Positions 26,154 to 36,144 are shown, counted from the stretch's first letter. The stretch is 40,622 bases of DNA from a virus (IMGVR_UViG_2671180275_000009:1-40622); one strand, 5' to 3'. Program-made: numbers and translations. Notes: a model not told the origin generated them from the sequence alone.

Positions 26154-28220
26154 ATGGCAAAAAATCTGAAAGCCTCCCTGATAGTCGATCTGCTCGGCAA
26201 TATTTCCGCTAAATCTCGCCAGTGGTCGCAGGAGCTGGGGACATTTTCCCGTTCCGGACAGTCGGGGCTGGGTGGTCTGGGTAATGCAGCCCGTCGTGCC
26301 GGTCAGGAAACTGATCTTGTTGGCACCCGTATGCAACGTATGCTTGCCGGAGTCCGTGGCAGTATCCGTTCAGTCACCTCTGATTTTGACCGGCTTCAGG
26401 GAAGTATTACCGGTACGCTGGGACGTATCAGCAACCTTTACGGGATGCTGGCCGGTGGTGCGGCTGCGTACGGATTTAACAAGGCTTTTCTTCGTCCCGC
26501 ATCAGAGATGGAGAATTACATTCTTCGTCTCAATGCCATCAATCATGGTGATACATCCAGAACAGAAGACGTCCGTAAGTGGGCTGTCCAGAATGCAAAA
26601 GAAACCACGTGGGGGCTGGCCGGCGTTATGCAGGAATACGCTTCCAGCCGTGGTTTTGGTATGAGTGATAAGGAAGCACGTAACTTTATCACCATGCTTC
26701 AGGATCAGGGGGGCTATCACGGCTGGTCCCTTGCTGACGCGCAGGGCGCATCCCTTCAGCTCAAACAGATGTATTCCCGTGGTGCAATTCAGGCGGCTGA
26801 TGCCAGTATTCTGACGGGCTACGGTATCAACGTTTATCAGTTGCTGGCTGAAAAACTGAAAGTTGATCAGAAAGTACTTCGTGATCTGGGTGGCAAAGGT
26901 AAGCTGGGACCGGACAGTATTCGTCTCCTGTTCCAGGTCATGGCAGAACAGGCAAAAGGTGCACAGAAAAATGCCATGAACTCCTGGACGGGCATGACTG
27001 CCATGATGGGGGATGTATGGGATGACTTTGCCCGTGACGTCATGGCCAAAGGACCTTTTGACAGCCTTAAAAACAGCCTTAAAGGCTTTCTGGATTATGC
27101 TGATGAGGCAAAGTCCAGCAGTCTTCAGGAAAAACTGGCGGCACAGACAGCGGGTGCCCTGAATCAGGGCTTTGAGTATGCCCGTGATGCGGCAACTGGT
27201 TTTTACCGGGCTATTCAGAAGGTACGGGAAACGCTTCAGGCGCTGCGTGATGCAGGGTATGGCGATACGCTGGACGGTATCGCTCGTGGTGCACAGACAG
27301 CTGCGAAATATCTGCTGTATATGTATCTGGCCACCCGGACACTGAAACTGGTCAGGGCTGTTGGTGGAAGTGCGCTGCGTCTTGGTGCAACACCGCTTCG
27401 CTGGGGCATGTCCACCGCTTCTGTTCTGACCTCCCCCTTCCGCAAACCACAGACCACCGTTCCCGAAACCATACCGGGGCGTGGCGGTCGGTTCCTGAAT
27501 TTTCTGACGGGGGTTAACCCCGCAGCCATTCAGCCCGTAAATGTCATGAACTGGCCAGCCGGTGCCATGGCGGGGGGCGTTTCTGATGTGATCAGCGGAG
27601 GTGAAGGAAAACGTCAGCGTGGACGCACCAGACGCGGGCCGGGGCGCGGACGCCCGGTGACGTCGGTTGTTACTGTACCGGCAACGCCGCCAGCCTCACC
27701 CCCTCAGGGCTTCTTCGGGCGCATGATGAGCCGTGCCGGTGGCTTGCTTTCATCCGCCGGTAACCGGCTGGGTATGGGGCGTTTCTCCGGCCTTTTCCGC
27801 CGTGCCGGTGGGGTTGCCGGTCGTTTGGGCGGTGGAGCCCTTTGGGCCGGGGCGATGGCCGCCCCTGTCCTGCTGGACGATAGTGCCAGTGCTACCAACA
27901 AGGGGGAGGCTGTCGGCTCTCTTGCTGGCAGCATTGCCGGTGGAGCGCTGGGAGCTGCGGCAGGACCTGTCGGCGTGGCTATCGGTTCAACGGTGGGAAG
28001 TTATCTCGGTAATTATCTCGGCGGCTGGCTGACAGAAGCCTGGCAAAAACTACGGGGGGATACCGATAACAGCGGAGGAAAAGCCGCTGAACAGGCTTCT
28101 GCCCGTGTGGAGCTGGTTGCCCCGGATGGCTGGAGCGCAAGAAGTATTGATATCAATGAAACCTCCGGCAGTTCGCTGGATGTGGATGTCTGGAACGGAG
28201 GTAACTATGTCCACTGGTGA
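26154..28220 (+). CDS. Tail tape measure protein
   Basis: 688-aa Ala/Gly-rich ORF with glycine-rich C-terminal region, between chaperone and baseplate genes. Confidence 0.75.
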   Translation: MAKNLKASLIVDLLGNISAKSRQWSQELGTFSRSGQSGLGGLGNAARRAGQETDLVGTRMQRMLAGVRGSIRSVTSDFDRLQGSITGTLGRISNLYGMLAGGAAAYGFNKAFLRPASEMENYILRLNAINHGDTSRTEDVRKWAVQNAKETTWGLAGVMQEYASSRGFGMSDKEARNFITMLQDQGGYHGWSLADAQGASLQLKQMYSRGAIQAADASILTGYGINVYQLLAEKLKVDQKVLRDLGGKGKLGPDSIRLLFQVMAEQAKGAQKNAMNSWTGMTAMMGDVWDDFARDVMAKGPFDSLKNSLKGFLDYADEAKSSSLQEKLAAQTAGALNQGFEYARDAATGFYRAIQKVRETLQALRDAGYGDTLDGIARGAQTAAKYLLYMYLATRTLKLVRAVGGSALRLGATPLRWGMSTASVLTSPFRKPQTTVPETIPGRGGRFLNFLTGVNPAAIQPVNVMNWPAGAMAGGVSDVISGGEGKRQRGRTRRGPGRGRPVTSVVTVPATPPASPPQGFFGRMMSRAGGLLSSAGNRLGMGRFSGLFRRAGGVAGRLGGGALWAGAMAAPVLLDDSASATNKGEAVGSLAGSIAGGALGAAAGPVGVAIGSTVGSYLGNYLGGWLTEAWQKLRGDTDNSGGKAAEQASARVELVAPDGWSARSIDINETSGSSLDVDVWNGGNYVHW

Positions 28221-29622
28221 CGGCAAGGGGTCGTTTCGCGGTGTGCCATTCCTGGTATTTCGCGAACAGCGTGAACGCGGTGGGCGTAATATCGTTCGCC
28301 GGGAATATCCGTTACAGGAACGGGGCGGTGCAGATGATCTGGGGCCAAAACTGCCGGAATACACCTTCACCGTACTGGTGATGGGAGAGGATGTTCACAC
28401 GCAACGAAGCCGTCTTCGGGATGCCCTTCGCGCCCCCGGGCCGGGTGAACTTATGCACCCGGAATATGGCACTTTAAACGTGATGATAAACAGCTTTGAA
28501 AGCCGTTACAGCGCCGATGAACAGCGCATTGTTGAATTCACAATTAATGTGTCTCCGGTCAGTGATGAAACAGCGCCAACGGCCAGCCAGGATACGGCTG
28601 CACTTCTGGAGGCCAGAAGTGGTGCAGCCCTGAACAGCATGTTTGGTACGCTGGCAAGTGGCTGGACCGTCATTTCCGATGGTATGCATGATGTGCAGGC
28701 AATGGCTGAAACCATCAGTGACAAAATTGAGGCGCTGGAAAATTCCGTTTCCGGGATGGGGATTGTGCAGGATATCAGTGCCTTTACGGCCACGTTTACG
28801 GCGCTTAAAGGTAACGTTACCGCATTGCTCACAAGTCCGCAGCGAATGGCGGAATCACTGGCGGGTATGTTTGTCACCCTGACGGCATTACCCACGATCC
28901 CTGCGCTCTCCCTTACCCGGAAGAATACCGGCAGTACCGTAACCGGTGCTTCCGGGGGGAATGGCGGTACGGTTTACACCAGAGGCAGTGGAGGCGAATT
29001 GCCCGCAGGGAGTCTGGATGTGGTGATGCAGAGCACCCTTGAACAGGGACTTCCTCAGCTCTACAGAACCTTATCCTCCCTGCGTTATGCGCTGACAGAA
29101 CAGGATGATCCACAGCGTCTGATTGGGCTTACCCCGCCAGCTCAACAAAATATCCGGCTTCTCAGGGCAGTGATGCAGAGTGCAGCCGTGGTGTCTCAGG
29201 CTCAGACAGTGGGAAAATTGCTGGATCAGGTAATCAGTCTTGAAACAGCCCGGACAAGTAATAACACGAAGTCAGCCGGTCTTGTCTGGCTGGAAAGTGC
29301 CGCAGATGTTGAGCGTATCAACCGTGATTTGAGTGATGCGCTTGAATTACAGGTCATGGATTTGTCTGCGCTGGGGTATACCTCCACAGCCCTGACTCTC
29401 AGGGATGCCCGCCTGGCGTTGACAGAAGATCTTACGGTCAGGGCGGTCTCCCTGCCGGGGGCTGTACAGGTATCCGTCCGGGCGACAGAACCTGCACTGG
29501 TAACCCTGTACCGTGAAACAGGAAACAGCACCCGCTGGCAACATTTTGTGCGTCGTAACAACATTTCAGACCCGCTTTTTGTGCCGGGGGGAAGTACTGT
29601 GGAGGTGATCAGTGAACAGTAA
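28207..29622 (+). CDS. DNA circularisation protein-like (Mu N / gp43 family)
   Basis: ~471-aa ORF starting MSTGDGKGSF; track start 28105 overlaps tape measure and is probably an extension. Confidence 0.6.
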   Translation: MSTGDGKGSFRGVPFLVFREQRERGGRNIVRREYPLQERGGADDLGPKLPEYTFTVLVMGEDVHTQRSRLRDALRAPGPGELMHPEYGTLNVMINSFESRYSADEQRIVEFTINVSPVSDETAPTASQDTAALLEARSGAALNSMFGTLASGWTVISDGMHDVQAMAETISDKIEALENSVSGMGIVQDISAFTATFTALKGNVTALLTSPQRMAESLAGMFVTLTALPTIPALSLTRKNTGSTVTGASGGNGGTVYTRGSGGELPAGSLDVVMQSTLEQGLPQLYRTLSSLRYALTEQDDPQRLIGLTPPAQQNIRLLRAVMQSAAVVSQAQTVGKLLDQVISLETARTSNNTKSAGLVWLESAADVERINRDLSDALELQVMDLSALGYTSTALTLRDARLALTEDLTVRAVSLPGAVQVSVRATEPALVTLYRETGNSTRWQHFVRRNNISDPLFVPGGSTVEVISEQ

Positions 29623-30742
29623 AGTGGAGCTGTATCTTGGCAGCCAGATTTTTACCGGCTGGGTGACGGTCAGTGTACGACGTTCTCTTGAACATCTTGC
29701 GGGATCATTCGAGCTGGGCCTTATGCTCCCCGGTGAACCGGTTCCGGCGATCATCTCGCCCGGTCAGTCAGTGACACTGAAAATTAACGGTCAGACAGTC
29801 ATCAGCGGCTGGCTGGATCAGGTGAATCAGAGTATCAGCGCCACGCGTTATCAAATTACTATCAGTGGCCGCGATAAAACAGGTGATCTGGTTGACTGCT
29901 CTGCTGTTCACCAGGGAAGTCAGTGGCGGAACCGGACGCTGGCCCAGATAGCCGCTGATTTGTGTGCGCCGTTTGGTATCAGCGTTCGCTGGCAGGTTAA
30001 TGATGTCACGGCAGAGAAACCGTTCGCATCTTTCACGCTTGAGAACTCAGAAACAGTGGCGGATGCACTCACACGAGCCGCACGGCATCGTGGGGTTCTG
30101 GTAACCAGTAACGCTGTGGGTGAACTGGTTTTTACTCAGGCTGGAAGCAAGCAGACCGATACGCTTGTACTGGGTGAGAATTTGCTTGAGGCCATTCATA
30201 ACGATGACCACCGTATGCGCTACAGCGAATACCGAATCAGAGGACACGGGCGCGGAGGCGGCAAATCCGGTGACAGCGCAAAACCAGCCAGCCTGTCTGC
30301 ACCGGTCGGGGTGGTGAATGACGAAGGTGTTACCCGTTACCGTCCGAAAATTGTTCTCGCCGATCATCACATTGATACCAGCGGAGCCACACAGCGGGGA
30401 TTACGGGAAATGCGCCGGGCAGTGGCCCGTTCCTCCCGCTTTACCGCCGTGGTGCGTACCTGGTTCCGCTCAGACGGCACGTTGTGGGATCTTAATCTGC
30501 TGACGCGCGTTACCGCTTCACGGTTTGGTATTGACCAGCGTGATCTGCTGATTTGCCAGGTTGAATTCTCCCTGGACGCACAAAAAGGCGAAACCACGCG
30601 GCTGATTCTTGCCCCCCGTGATGGTTTTATTGTTCCTGCGGAGCCTGACAGTAAAGGTCGGGGCGGAAATGATGCCGGTGGCGTGGATGCCTTTATCCAT
30701 CAGCAGATGAAAAAACAGGGGATCACCTTTAATGATAAATGA
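29612..30742 (+). CDS. Baseplate hub / tail protein (Mu gp44-like)
   Basis: 376-aa ORF, position. Confidence 0.6.
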   Translation: MNSKVELYLGSQIFTGWVTVSVRRSLEHLAGSFELGLMLPGEPVPAIISPGQSVTLKINGQTVISGWLDQVNQSISATRYQITISGRDKTGDLVDCSAVHQGSQWRNRTLAQIAADLCAPFGISVRWQVNDVTAEKPFASFTLENSETVADALTRAARHRGVLVTSNAVGELVFTQAGSKQTDTLVLGENLLEAIHNDDHRMRYSEYRIRGHGRGGGKSGDSAKPASLSAPVGVVNDEGVTRYRPKIVLADHHIDTSGATQRGLREMRRAVARSSRFTAVVRTWFRSDGTLWDLNLLTRVTASRFGIDQRDLLICQVEFSLDAQKGETTRLILAPRDGFIVPAEPDSKGRGGNDAGGVDAFIHQQMKKQGITFNDK

Positions 30743-31346
30743 AGAGGTTTTCAGCCGCCTTATAGCCCCCGTTATGCGTGGGGTGCGTCTTCTGATTGGA
30801 CGGGGGGTTCTTACCGGTATCCGTGATGAGCTGAAAATGCAGAATGTACAGCTTACCGGAATGGAGGGGGAAACGTTTGATGATGTTGAACGGCCACAGC
30901 AGTACGGACAAATCAGCGTACCCTTACCGGGGGCGGAGCTATTCTTCGCCTGTCCTGGTGGTCAGCGTGATCAGGCCGTTGTTCTGGTGGTTGATGACCG
31001 GCGTTACCGCCCATCCGGGCTGACTTCCGGCGACAGTGGGCTTTATCACTACGAAGGGCACCGCATTCGCCTGACAAAAGACGGACGCATCATCATCACC
31101 TGCCGGACGCTTGAGATTTTTGCTGATGAGCGCGTGAGCGTTGATACCCCTGAAACGGTCTTCACCGGCGATGTCATCGTGGAAAAAAATCTGCATGTGA
31201 AAGGCAATCTTGCGATCGATGGAACCGGTATGTCAAAAGGCACATTTACTATGTCTGAAGCCAAGATTGCGGGGATCACCTATTCCGGACATGTGCACCA
31301 TGACAACGGCAAAGGAAGTAAAACAGGAGGACCGGAAAATGGCTGA
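30732..31346 (+). CDS. Baseplate assembly protein (Mu gp45-like, spike-type)
   Basis: 204-aa ORF, position. Confidence 0.55.
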   Translation: MINEEVFSRLIAPVMRGVRLLIGRGVLTGIRDELKMQNVQLTGMEGETFDDVERPQQYGQISVPLPGAELFFACPGGQRDQAVVLVVDDRRYRPSGLTSGDSGLYHYEGHRIRLTKDGRIIITCRTLEIFADERVSVDTPETVFTGDVIVEKNLHVKGNLAIDGTGMSKGTFTMSEAKIAGITYSGHVHHDNGKGSKTGGPENG

Positions 31347-31776
31347 TATTGCCGTGATATGGAAACAGGGGCATGGTGCACTGCAACTGAATGGCGCAGA
31401 TCTTCTGACAGACAATACATTGCAGACGGCAGTGATTATCTCACTGTTTACTGATCGTCGAGCCCTGGCATCAGATGTCATACCAGATGGTACCCGCGAT
31501 CGCCGTGGATGGTGGGGTGACAGCTTCCGGGAATACCCCATAGGCTCCCGTCTGTGGTTGCTGAGCCGGGAAAAAACGCTTACTTCGGTGGTAAGTCGTG
31601 CACAGGCGTATGCGGATGAGGCGCTGGCATGGCTTCGTCAGAGCGGCGTTGCATCGGATGTTGTGTGTCGTGCTGAACGAACGGCGCACGAGCAACTTTC
31701 ATTATTTGTTGAAATCACGCTGCCGGACGGCAGTCGGGAACCCATGATTTTTTATGCTGATATTAAGGGGGAATGA
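31339..31776 (+). CDS. Baseplate wedge protein (Mu gp46-like)
   Basis: AGGAGG RBS before ATG 31339; track start 31210 is probably an extension. Confidence 0.55.
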   Translation: MADIAVIWKQGHGALQLNGADLLTDNTLQTAVIISLFTDRRALASDVIPDGTRDRRGWWGDSFREYPIGSRLWLLSREKTLTSVVSRAQAYADEALAWLRQSGVASDVVCRAERTAHEQLSLFVEITLPDGSREPMIFYADIKGE

Positions 31777-32858
31777 TGCCTTATCAGCCCTTGCCACTGG
31801 CGCAACTGATCACCCAGACACAGCAGGATATCAGCCAGCGTCTTCCCGGTTCCCAGCCGGGTGTGAGTGAAACAACATTAAATGCCATTGCATATGCTCA
31901 GGCCGGGTTGTCTGCGCAGGAGCATGAGCACCTTGCCTGGATTGCCAGGCAGATTATTCCGACAGAAGCAGACGAGGCTGAACTGCTGAAACACTGTTCC
32001 TTCTGGGGTGTGATCCGTAAACCGGCATCACGTGGCGATGGTCCCGTCCAGTTGATGCTGACGACAGATGCCGGGGTGACCGAAGGGGTACAACTTCAGC
32101 GCAGTGATGGTGAGGTGTACCGCATCACCGGGTCTGTTACCGGAAAGGCCGGAACCCTGACCGTGCAGGTTGAAGCGGAAAATGCAGGTCGTTCCGGTAA
32201 TGCCCCAGCAGGTACCCCCCTGACGTTCGTCACCCCGCAGGCGGGTATAAATCAGACAGCCACCATTACCGGTACGGGGATCACCGGAGGTGCGGATGTT
32301 GAGTCAGTCCCGGAATTGCTGTCCCGCCTGGTGTTTCGTGTACAGAATCCACCATCCGGTGGTACGCAGTATGATTTTGAGCGCTGGGCGCGTGAAGTTC
32401 CGGGGGTAACCCGTGCATGGTGTAAACCGGAATGGCCTCAGGCTGGCAGCGTTGGAGTGACCTTTGTTCAGGATAACAACCCTGATATTTTCCCCGGCGA
32501 AGGTGACGTACAGCGCGTGGCGGAATATATCCGTAGCCATGATGATCCAGCAACGGGGCAACCCGTCGGACAGCCACTGGGACCAACGGTAAAGGTCTTT
32601 AAGTTAACGAATAAGCCCGTGGATTTTGAAATCCGCATAGTCCCGAAAACGCCGGAGAACCAGGCTGCTGTAAAGCAGGCGCTGACAGACCTGTTGTATA
32701 ACGAATCAAGCCCGGGGGCCCTGGTTCTTCCGTCTTCATTCTGGCGAACCGTGGCAGGTGTGAAAAATCTTGAGGATTTTGAAGTCCGCAGCCCCCTCAA
32801 ATCGGTTATGGCTGGTGATGCTGAATTGCTGACGGTGGGAGAAATTACATGGCTCTGA
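31773..32858 (+). CDS. Baseplate J-like protein (Mu gp47-like)
   Basis: 361-aa ORF, position. Confidence 0.6.
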   Translation: MMPYQPLPLAQLITQTQQDISQRLPGSQPGVSETTLNAIAYAQAGLSAQEHEHLAWIARQIIPTEADEAELLKHCSFWGVIRKPASRGDGPVQLMLTTDAGVTEGVQLQRSDGEVYRITGSVTGKAGTLTVQVEAENAGRSGNAPAGTPLTFVTPQAGINQTATITGTGITGGADVESVPELLSRLVFRVQNPPSGGTQYDFERWAREVPGVTRAWCKPEWPQAGSVGVTFVQDNNPDIFPGEGDVQRVAEYIRSHDDPATGQPVGQPLGPTVKVFKLTNKPVDFEIRIVPKTPENQAAVKQALTDLLYNESSPGALVLPSSFWRTVAGVKNLEDFEVRSPLKSVMAGDAELLTVGEITWL

Positions 32859-33406
32859 CGCTTGCAGCTCATCAGCGCGCATTGTTGCAGCTCCTACCCG
32901 ATGGCCTGGCATGGGATAAACGTCCTGAATCCGTGTTGTCAGCCTTATGTCTTGGGCTAAGTCACGCCACCGAGCGTGTATCCTGGACGGCTAATCAGTT
33001 ACTTTCGGAGCGCTTTCCGGAAACATCCCGGATGTTACTGGAGGACTGGGAGCGTTATCTGGGGTTGCCTGAATGTGATATGGCAGGAGCAACGTTGCAG
33101 GAGCGCCAGCGATACGCGGCGAATAAATACCGTATGAAGCCGTCACTGAACCGCGAGTTTTATATCCGGTTTGCGGCTGAATTTGGCTATGTGATTGATA
33201 TTCAGCCATCACCGGAATCGCAGTGGATCAGTATTGTGACCGTAAAAAGCGAGGTTGGGTATCGTCACATGCATGTGCTCGATCACATTCTGACGCCTCT
33301 GCGGATATATGAAGGTGGTGCGCTGGAATGCATTTTAAACCGGTATAAACCGGCCTGGCAGACGTTTTTATACATTTACGAAAAGTCGCATGAGGAGACG
33401 GAATAA
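32849..33406 (+). CDS. Tail protein (Mu gp48-like)
   Basis: 185-aa ORF immediately upstream of the tail fibre gene. Confidence 0.5.
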   Translation: MALTLAAHQRALLQLLPDGLAWDKRPESVLSALCLGLSHATERVSWTANQLLSERFPETSRMLLEDWERYLGLPECDMAGATLQERQRYAANKYRMKPSLNREFYIRFAAEFGYVIDIQPSPESQWISIVTVKSEVGYRHMHVLDHILTPLRIYEGGALECILNRYKPAWQTFLYIYEKSHEETE

Positions 33407-34374
33407 TGTATTTCGTGGATAACAATACCGGTACGACAGAGATGCCAGCGCTGGCTCCATCGCAGGGTACTGAAGTTAAGTGGTTTACGGAAGGCGACGG
33501 TAATAAAGGTATCAGCCATATCGGGCAGGACTGGCTTAATATCATTCAGGCAGAATTGCTTGCGATTTTGACTGAAGGAAAAATTCAACCAGATAAAATG
33601 AAGCTGAATCAGCTTACACTGGCAATCAAGGCCATTATTACGGCCAATGCTTTTTTACGTAAAAACAACCTGAAAGAAATCGAGGATGCGGGAGCTGGTG
33701 CTCAGGCGAATGCCAGAAAAGCTCTTGGGCTGGGGACTCTGGCGACAAAAGATAAGCTTTCACCAACAGATGTTGGTGCGCTTGAAAAAAGCAAAAATTT
33801 GTCTGACGTACCCGATAAAGTTGCGGCCCGTACCAACCTTGGGGTTTACAGTAAAGAAGAAGGTGATCGGCGTTATCTGAAAAGCGGCGCAGATATTGGT
33901 TCATATAGTCGCGAACAAAGTGATGGGTCATATCTTAAGGTTGCGTCAAATGGTTCTGACATTGCAAACAGAAGTGCCTTTATCGATAACCTCGGTTTAC
34001 GGGAAACGGTAAACAGGGCGGCGAATGCCCTGCCATCGAACGGAACGGCCGTTGCCGCGAACAGGCTGGCAAATGCCCACACAATTAATGGTGTTCCCTT
34101 TGACGGAACGCAGGATATCAACATTACCTCCGGTATGACCGAAGCTGCTGCTGATAACAAATACGTTCGCAACGTTCAGCTTGGTGCCCAGAGTTACCAT
34201 TCACCCGGAGGTAATGAAATGTCCTGGAGTTATGGCGCGCCTTCCGGTTGTATGCTTTCAGGTATTAACGTGCAGGAGACCGGGAGAAATTCAGCCGATA
34301 ATATCGGAGGCGTTTATTACCGTCCGGTGCAGATATATATCGGTAATGCCTGGCGCACAGTTTCATCCGTCTGA
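33406..34374 (+). CDS. Tail fibre protein S: constant N-terminal part (to ~33990) fused to the currently expressed variable C-terminus
   Basis: 322-aa ORF; C-terminal third is homologous to the inverted alternative exon at 35422-35051 (AANRLAN..INGVPFDGT.DINITSGM). Confidence 0.75.
   Translation: MYFVDNNTGTTEMPALAPSQGTEVKWFTEGDGNKGISHIGQDWLNIIQAELLAILTEGKIQPDKMKLNQLTLAIKAIITANAFLRKNNLKEIEDAGAGAQANARKALGLGTLATKDKLSPTDVGALEKSKNLSDVPDKVAARTNLGVYSKEEGDRRYLKSGADIGSYSREQSDGSYLKVASNGSDIANRSAFIDNLGLRETVNRAANALPSNGTAVAANRLANAHTINGVPFDGTQDINITSGMTEAAADNKYVRNVQLGAQSYHSPGGNEMSWSYGAPSGCMLSGINVQETGRNSADNIGGVYYRPVQIYIGNAWRTVSSV
33980..34005 (+). other. gix/hix-like 26-bp recombination site, left
   Basis: TTATCGATAACC TC GGTTTACGGGAA resembles the Gin/Hin site consensus as I remember it (TTATC..AAACC nn GGTTT..GATAA); lies inside S codons D-N-L-G-L-R-E-T. 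Confidence 0.6.
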
Positions 34375-34383
34375 TTAAAGGAA

Positions 34384-34406
34384 AAGGGTGCGATAAGCAC
34401 CCTTTA
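34384..34406. terminator. Hairpin between convergent S and tail fibre assembly genes (candidate bidirectional terminator)
   Basis: AAAGGGTGC / GCACCCTTT 9-bp stem with GATAA loop. Confidence 0.45.
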
Positions 34407-34408
34407 CG

Positions 34409-34951
34409 TTATTCAGGCTTCTCCGGCCATTTAATGTCGTCAAATTCAGCTTTGTTTTTAATCGCTGGTAGTTCCATTTTTTTCACCTGACTGATGTATG
34501 CCATCCATCGGGTAAGTGCGGCTCTGTCTTCATCACTGATGGTGCCCAGCTGTAATTCTGTTCTCCAGTCATTAATTTTTTCATATGCCTGATTAAGATA
34601 TGACTGGCGCATTGCTTCCAGTTTTCTTGCGTAGTTAACCGGAATACGGGAGATCACGCCATTATCAAACTTCCAGTTACCCGAAATATCAGCACCTTCA
34701 GGGAGTTCGTCGACTTCAACCACAGAGAACCCCGCAGGATACAGCGCCGAAGCGTCCTGTGATATTGAGCAGATAATGCCGCTGTCAGGTGTTATACAAA
34801 GTTTATATTTTTTTGTGAATAATGGCAGGGACTCGTAGAAATCCTTACCATCTTCACTCTGAAAATACTGTACATCATTACCATAGAGGGTGTTTTCCGG
34901 GTAATATCGTTTAACATTAATCAGTTGCATAAACATCACCATGTGAATCAA
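34409..34951 (-). CDS. Tail fibre assembly protein (Tfa / Mu U family)
   Basis: 180-aa ORF ending ...FDDIKWPEKPE, typical C-terminus of phage tail fibre assembly chaperones. Confidence 0.75.
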   Translation of the reverse strand: MIHMVMFMQLINVKRYYPENTLYGNDVQYFQSEDGKDFYESLPLFTKKYKLCITPDSGIICSISQDASALYPAGFSVVEVDELPEGADISGNWKFDNGVISRIPVNYARKLEAMRQSYLNQAYEKINDWRTELQLGTISDEDRAALTRWMAYISQVKKMELPAIKNKAEFDDIKWPEKPE

Positions 34952-35050
34952 TGATAAAAACAGGAATAATACTATCGCTATATACGGACAGGGGTTGTCT
35001 GAGATAACGCATATATCAGGCGCTGCCTGCCGTACGCCATGAGCCGTTAA

Positions 35051-35422
35051 TTAAATACTTGCAGCGGATACCCAATTCCCATTAATACAATATTGTATCT
35101 GTCTGTAATAAACACGGTCATCACCACCACGCATTTCCCAGTCTCCGTCAGTCTTAAAACCGGTAATCACATTTCCTGATGACAGGGAGTAATTATATTC
35201 CAGTACGCCGCTTAATGCCTGCGCTCCCAGTCTTACCCCTGTAACATAACGCTGATTGGCCGTTGATTCCGGCATTCCTGACGTAATGTTTATATCCCGC
35301 GTCCCGTCGAAAGGAACACCATTAATATTTCTTGGGGTGGCGAGTCTGTTTGCTGCCACGGCGGTTCCCCCCGATGGCAGGGCATCAGCGGCCTTATTTA
35401 CCGTTTCCCGTAAACCGAGGTT
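35051..35422 (-). CDS. Alternative tail fibre C-terminal exon with no start of its own
   Basis: Reading frame opens immediately after a TGA inside the right gix-like site and encodes NLGLRETVNKAADALPSGGTAVAANRLATPRNINGVPFDGTRDINITSGM..., homologous to S residues from the crossover point. Confidence 0.65.
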   Translation of the reverse strand, partial: NLGLRETVNKAADALPSGGTAVAANRLATPRNINGVPFDGTRDINITSGMPESTANQRYVTGVRLGAQALSGVLEYNYSLSSGNVITGFKTDGDWEMRGGDDRVYYRQIQYCINGNWVSAASI

Positions 35423-35430
35423 TCAGGGAT
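35405..35430 (+). other. gix/hix-like 26-bp recombination site, right (inverted relative to left)
   Basis: TTCCCGTAAACC GA GGTTTCAGGGAT; its reverse complement shares the half-site GGTTTACGGGAA and centre TC with the left site. Confidence 0.6.
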
Positions 35431-35484
35431 GCCGTATATCTGCTTTAAAAAGCATTTCCACCTCTTTTTAAGGAAGGTAAATAC

Positions 35485-36045
35485 ATGCTGATTGGCTATA
35501 TACGCGTATCAACAAATGACCAGAACACAGGTTTACAAAGAAATGCGCTGGAATGTGCAGGATGTGAGCAGATTTTTGAAGACAAAATGAGTGGTAAAAC
35601 GACGCAGCGGCCGGGACTGAAGCGGGCACTGAAGAAACTAAAACCCGGCGACACACTGATGGTCTGGAAACTGGACAGGCTGGGGCGCAGTATGCGCCAC
35701 CTTGTTGCGCTGACAGATGAATTACAGCAACAGGGGATAAATTTTCGTAGTCTTACTGACAACATTGATACGTCAACCCCCATGGGGCGCTTCTTTTTTC
35801 ACATAATGGGTGCGCTGGCAGAAATGGAGCGTGAATTGATTGTCGAACGGACACGGGCTGGTCTTGCTGCTGCCCGTGAAAGGGGACGAACCGGCGGCAG
35901 ACCCCGTCGTCTCACGCAGGAACAATACGAGCAGGTCGGGCGTTTACTGGCCGGGGGTGTCAGCCGAAGACAGGTGGCACTTATTTTTGATATCGGCCTT
36001 TCAACCCTTTATCGTTATTATCCTGCGAGCGTTTCGGAAAAATAA
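35485..36045 (+). CDS. gin: Gin/Hin/Cin-family serine DNA invertase
   Basis: 186-aa ORF starting MLIGYIRVSTNDQNTGLQRNAL (catalytic Ser motif) with C-terminal HTH; adjacent to invertible segment. Confidence 0.85.
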   Translation: MLIGYIRVSTNDQNTGLQRNALECAGCEQIFEDKMSGKTTQRPGLKRALKKLKPGDTLMVWKLDRLGRSMRHLVALTDELQQQGINFRSLTDNIDTSTPMGRFFFHIMGALAEMERELIVERTRAGLAAARERGRTGGRPRRLTQEQYEQVGRLLAGGVSRRQVALIFDIGLSTLYRYYPASVSEK

Positions 36046-36144
36046 GACGCTCTCTTTGTTGGGCCTTTACTGAATTAACGCAAAATGGCGTTTATCGGTC
36101 TGTGGATATGATAATTCTGTTTATTCAGGAACAGGCTGATTATT

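Larger units (their letters stand above)
33993..35417. other. Invertible tail-fibre host-range segment (G-segment analogue, ~1.42 kb)
   Basis: Bounded by inverted gix-like sites; contains the S variable C-terminus (+), a tail fibre assembly gene (-) and an alternative S C-terminal exon (-); adjacent gin. Confidence 0.65.

Noticed and set aside
28105-28206. Upstream start of the N-like gene (28105)
   Set aside because: Overlaps the tape measure gene by 116 nt in another frame; ATG 28207 gives the usual short overlap.
33873-34200. Minus-strand ORFs inside the S gene and the plus-strand ORF 35256..35471
   Set aside because: They are reverse-frame readings of the inverted-repeat arms of the tail-fibre switch; their mutual similarity reflects the inverted repeat, not separate genes.
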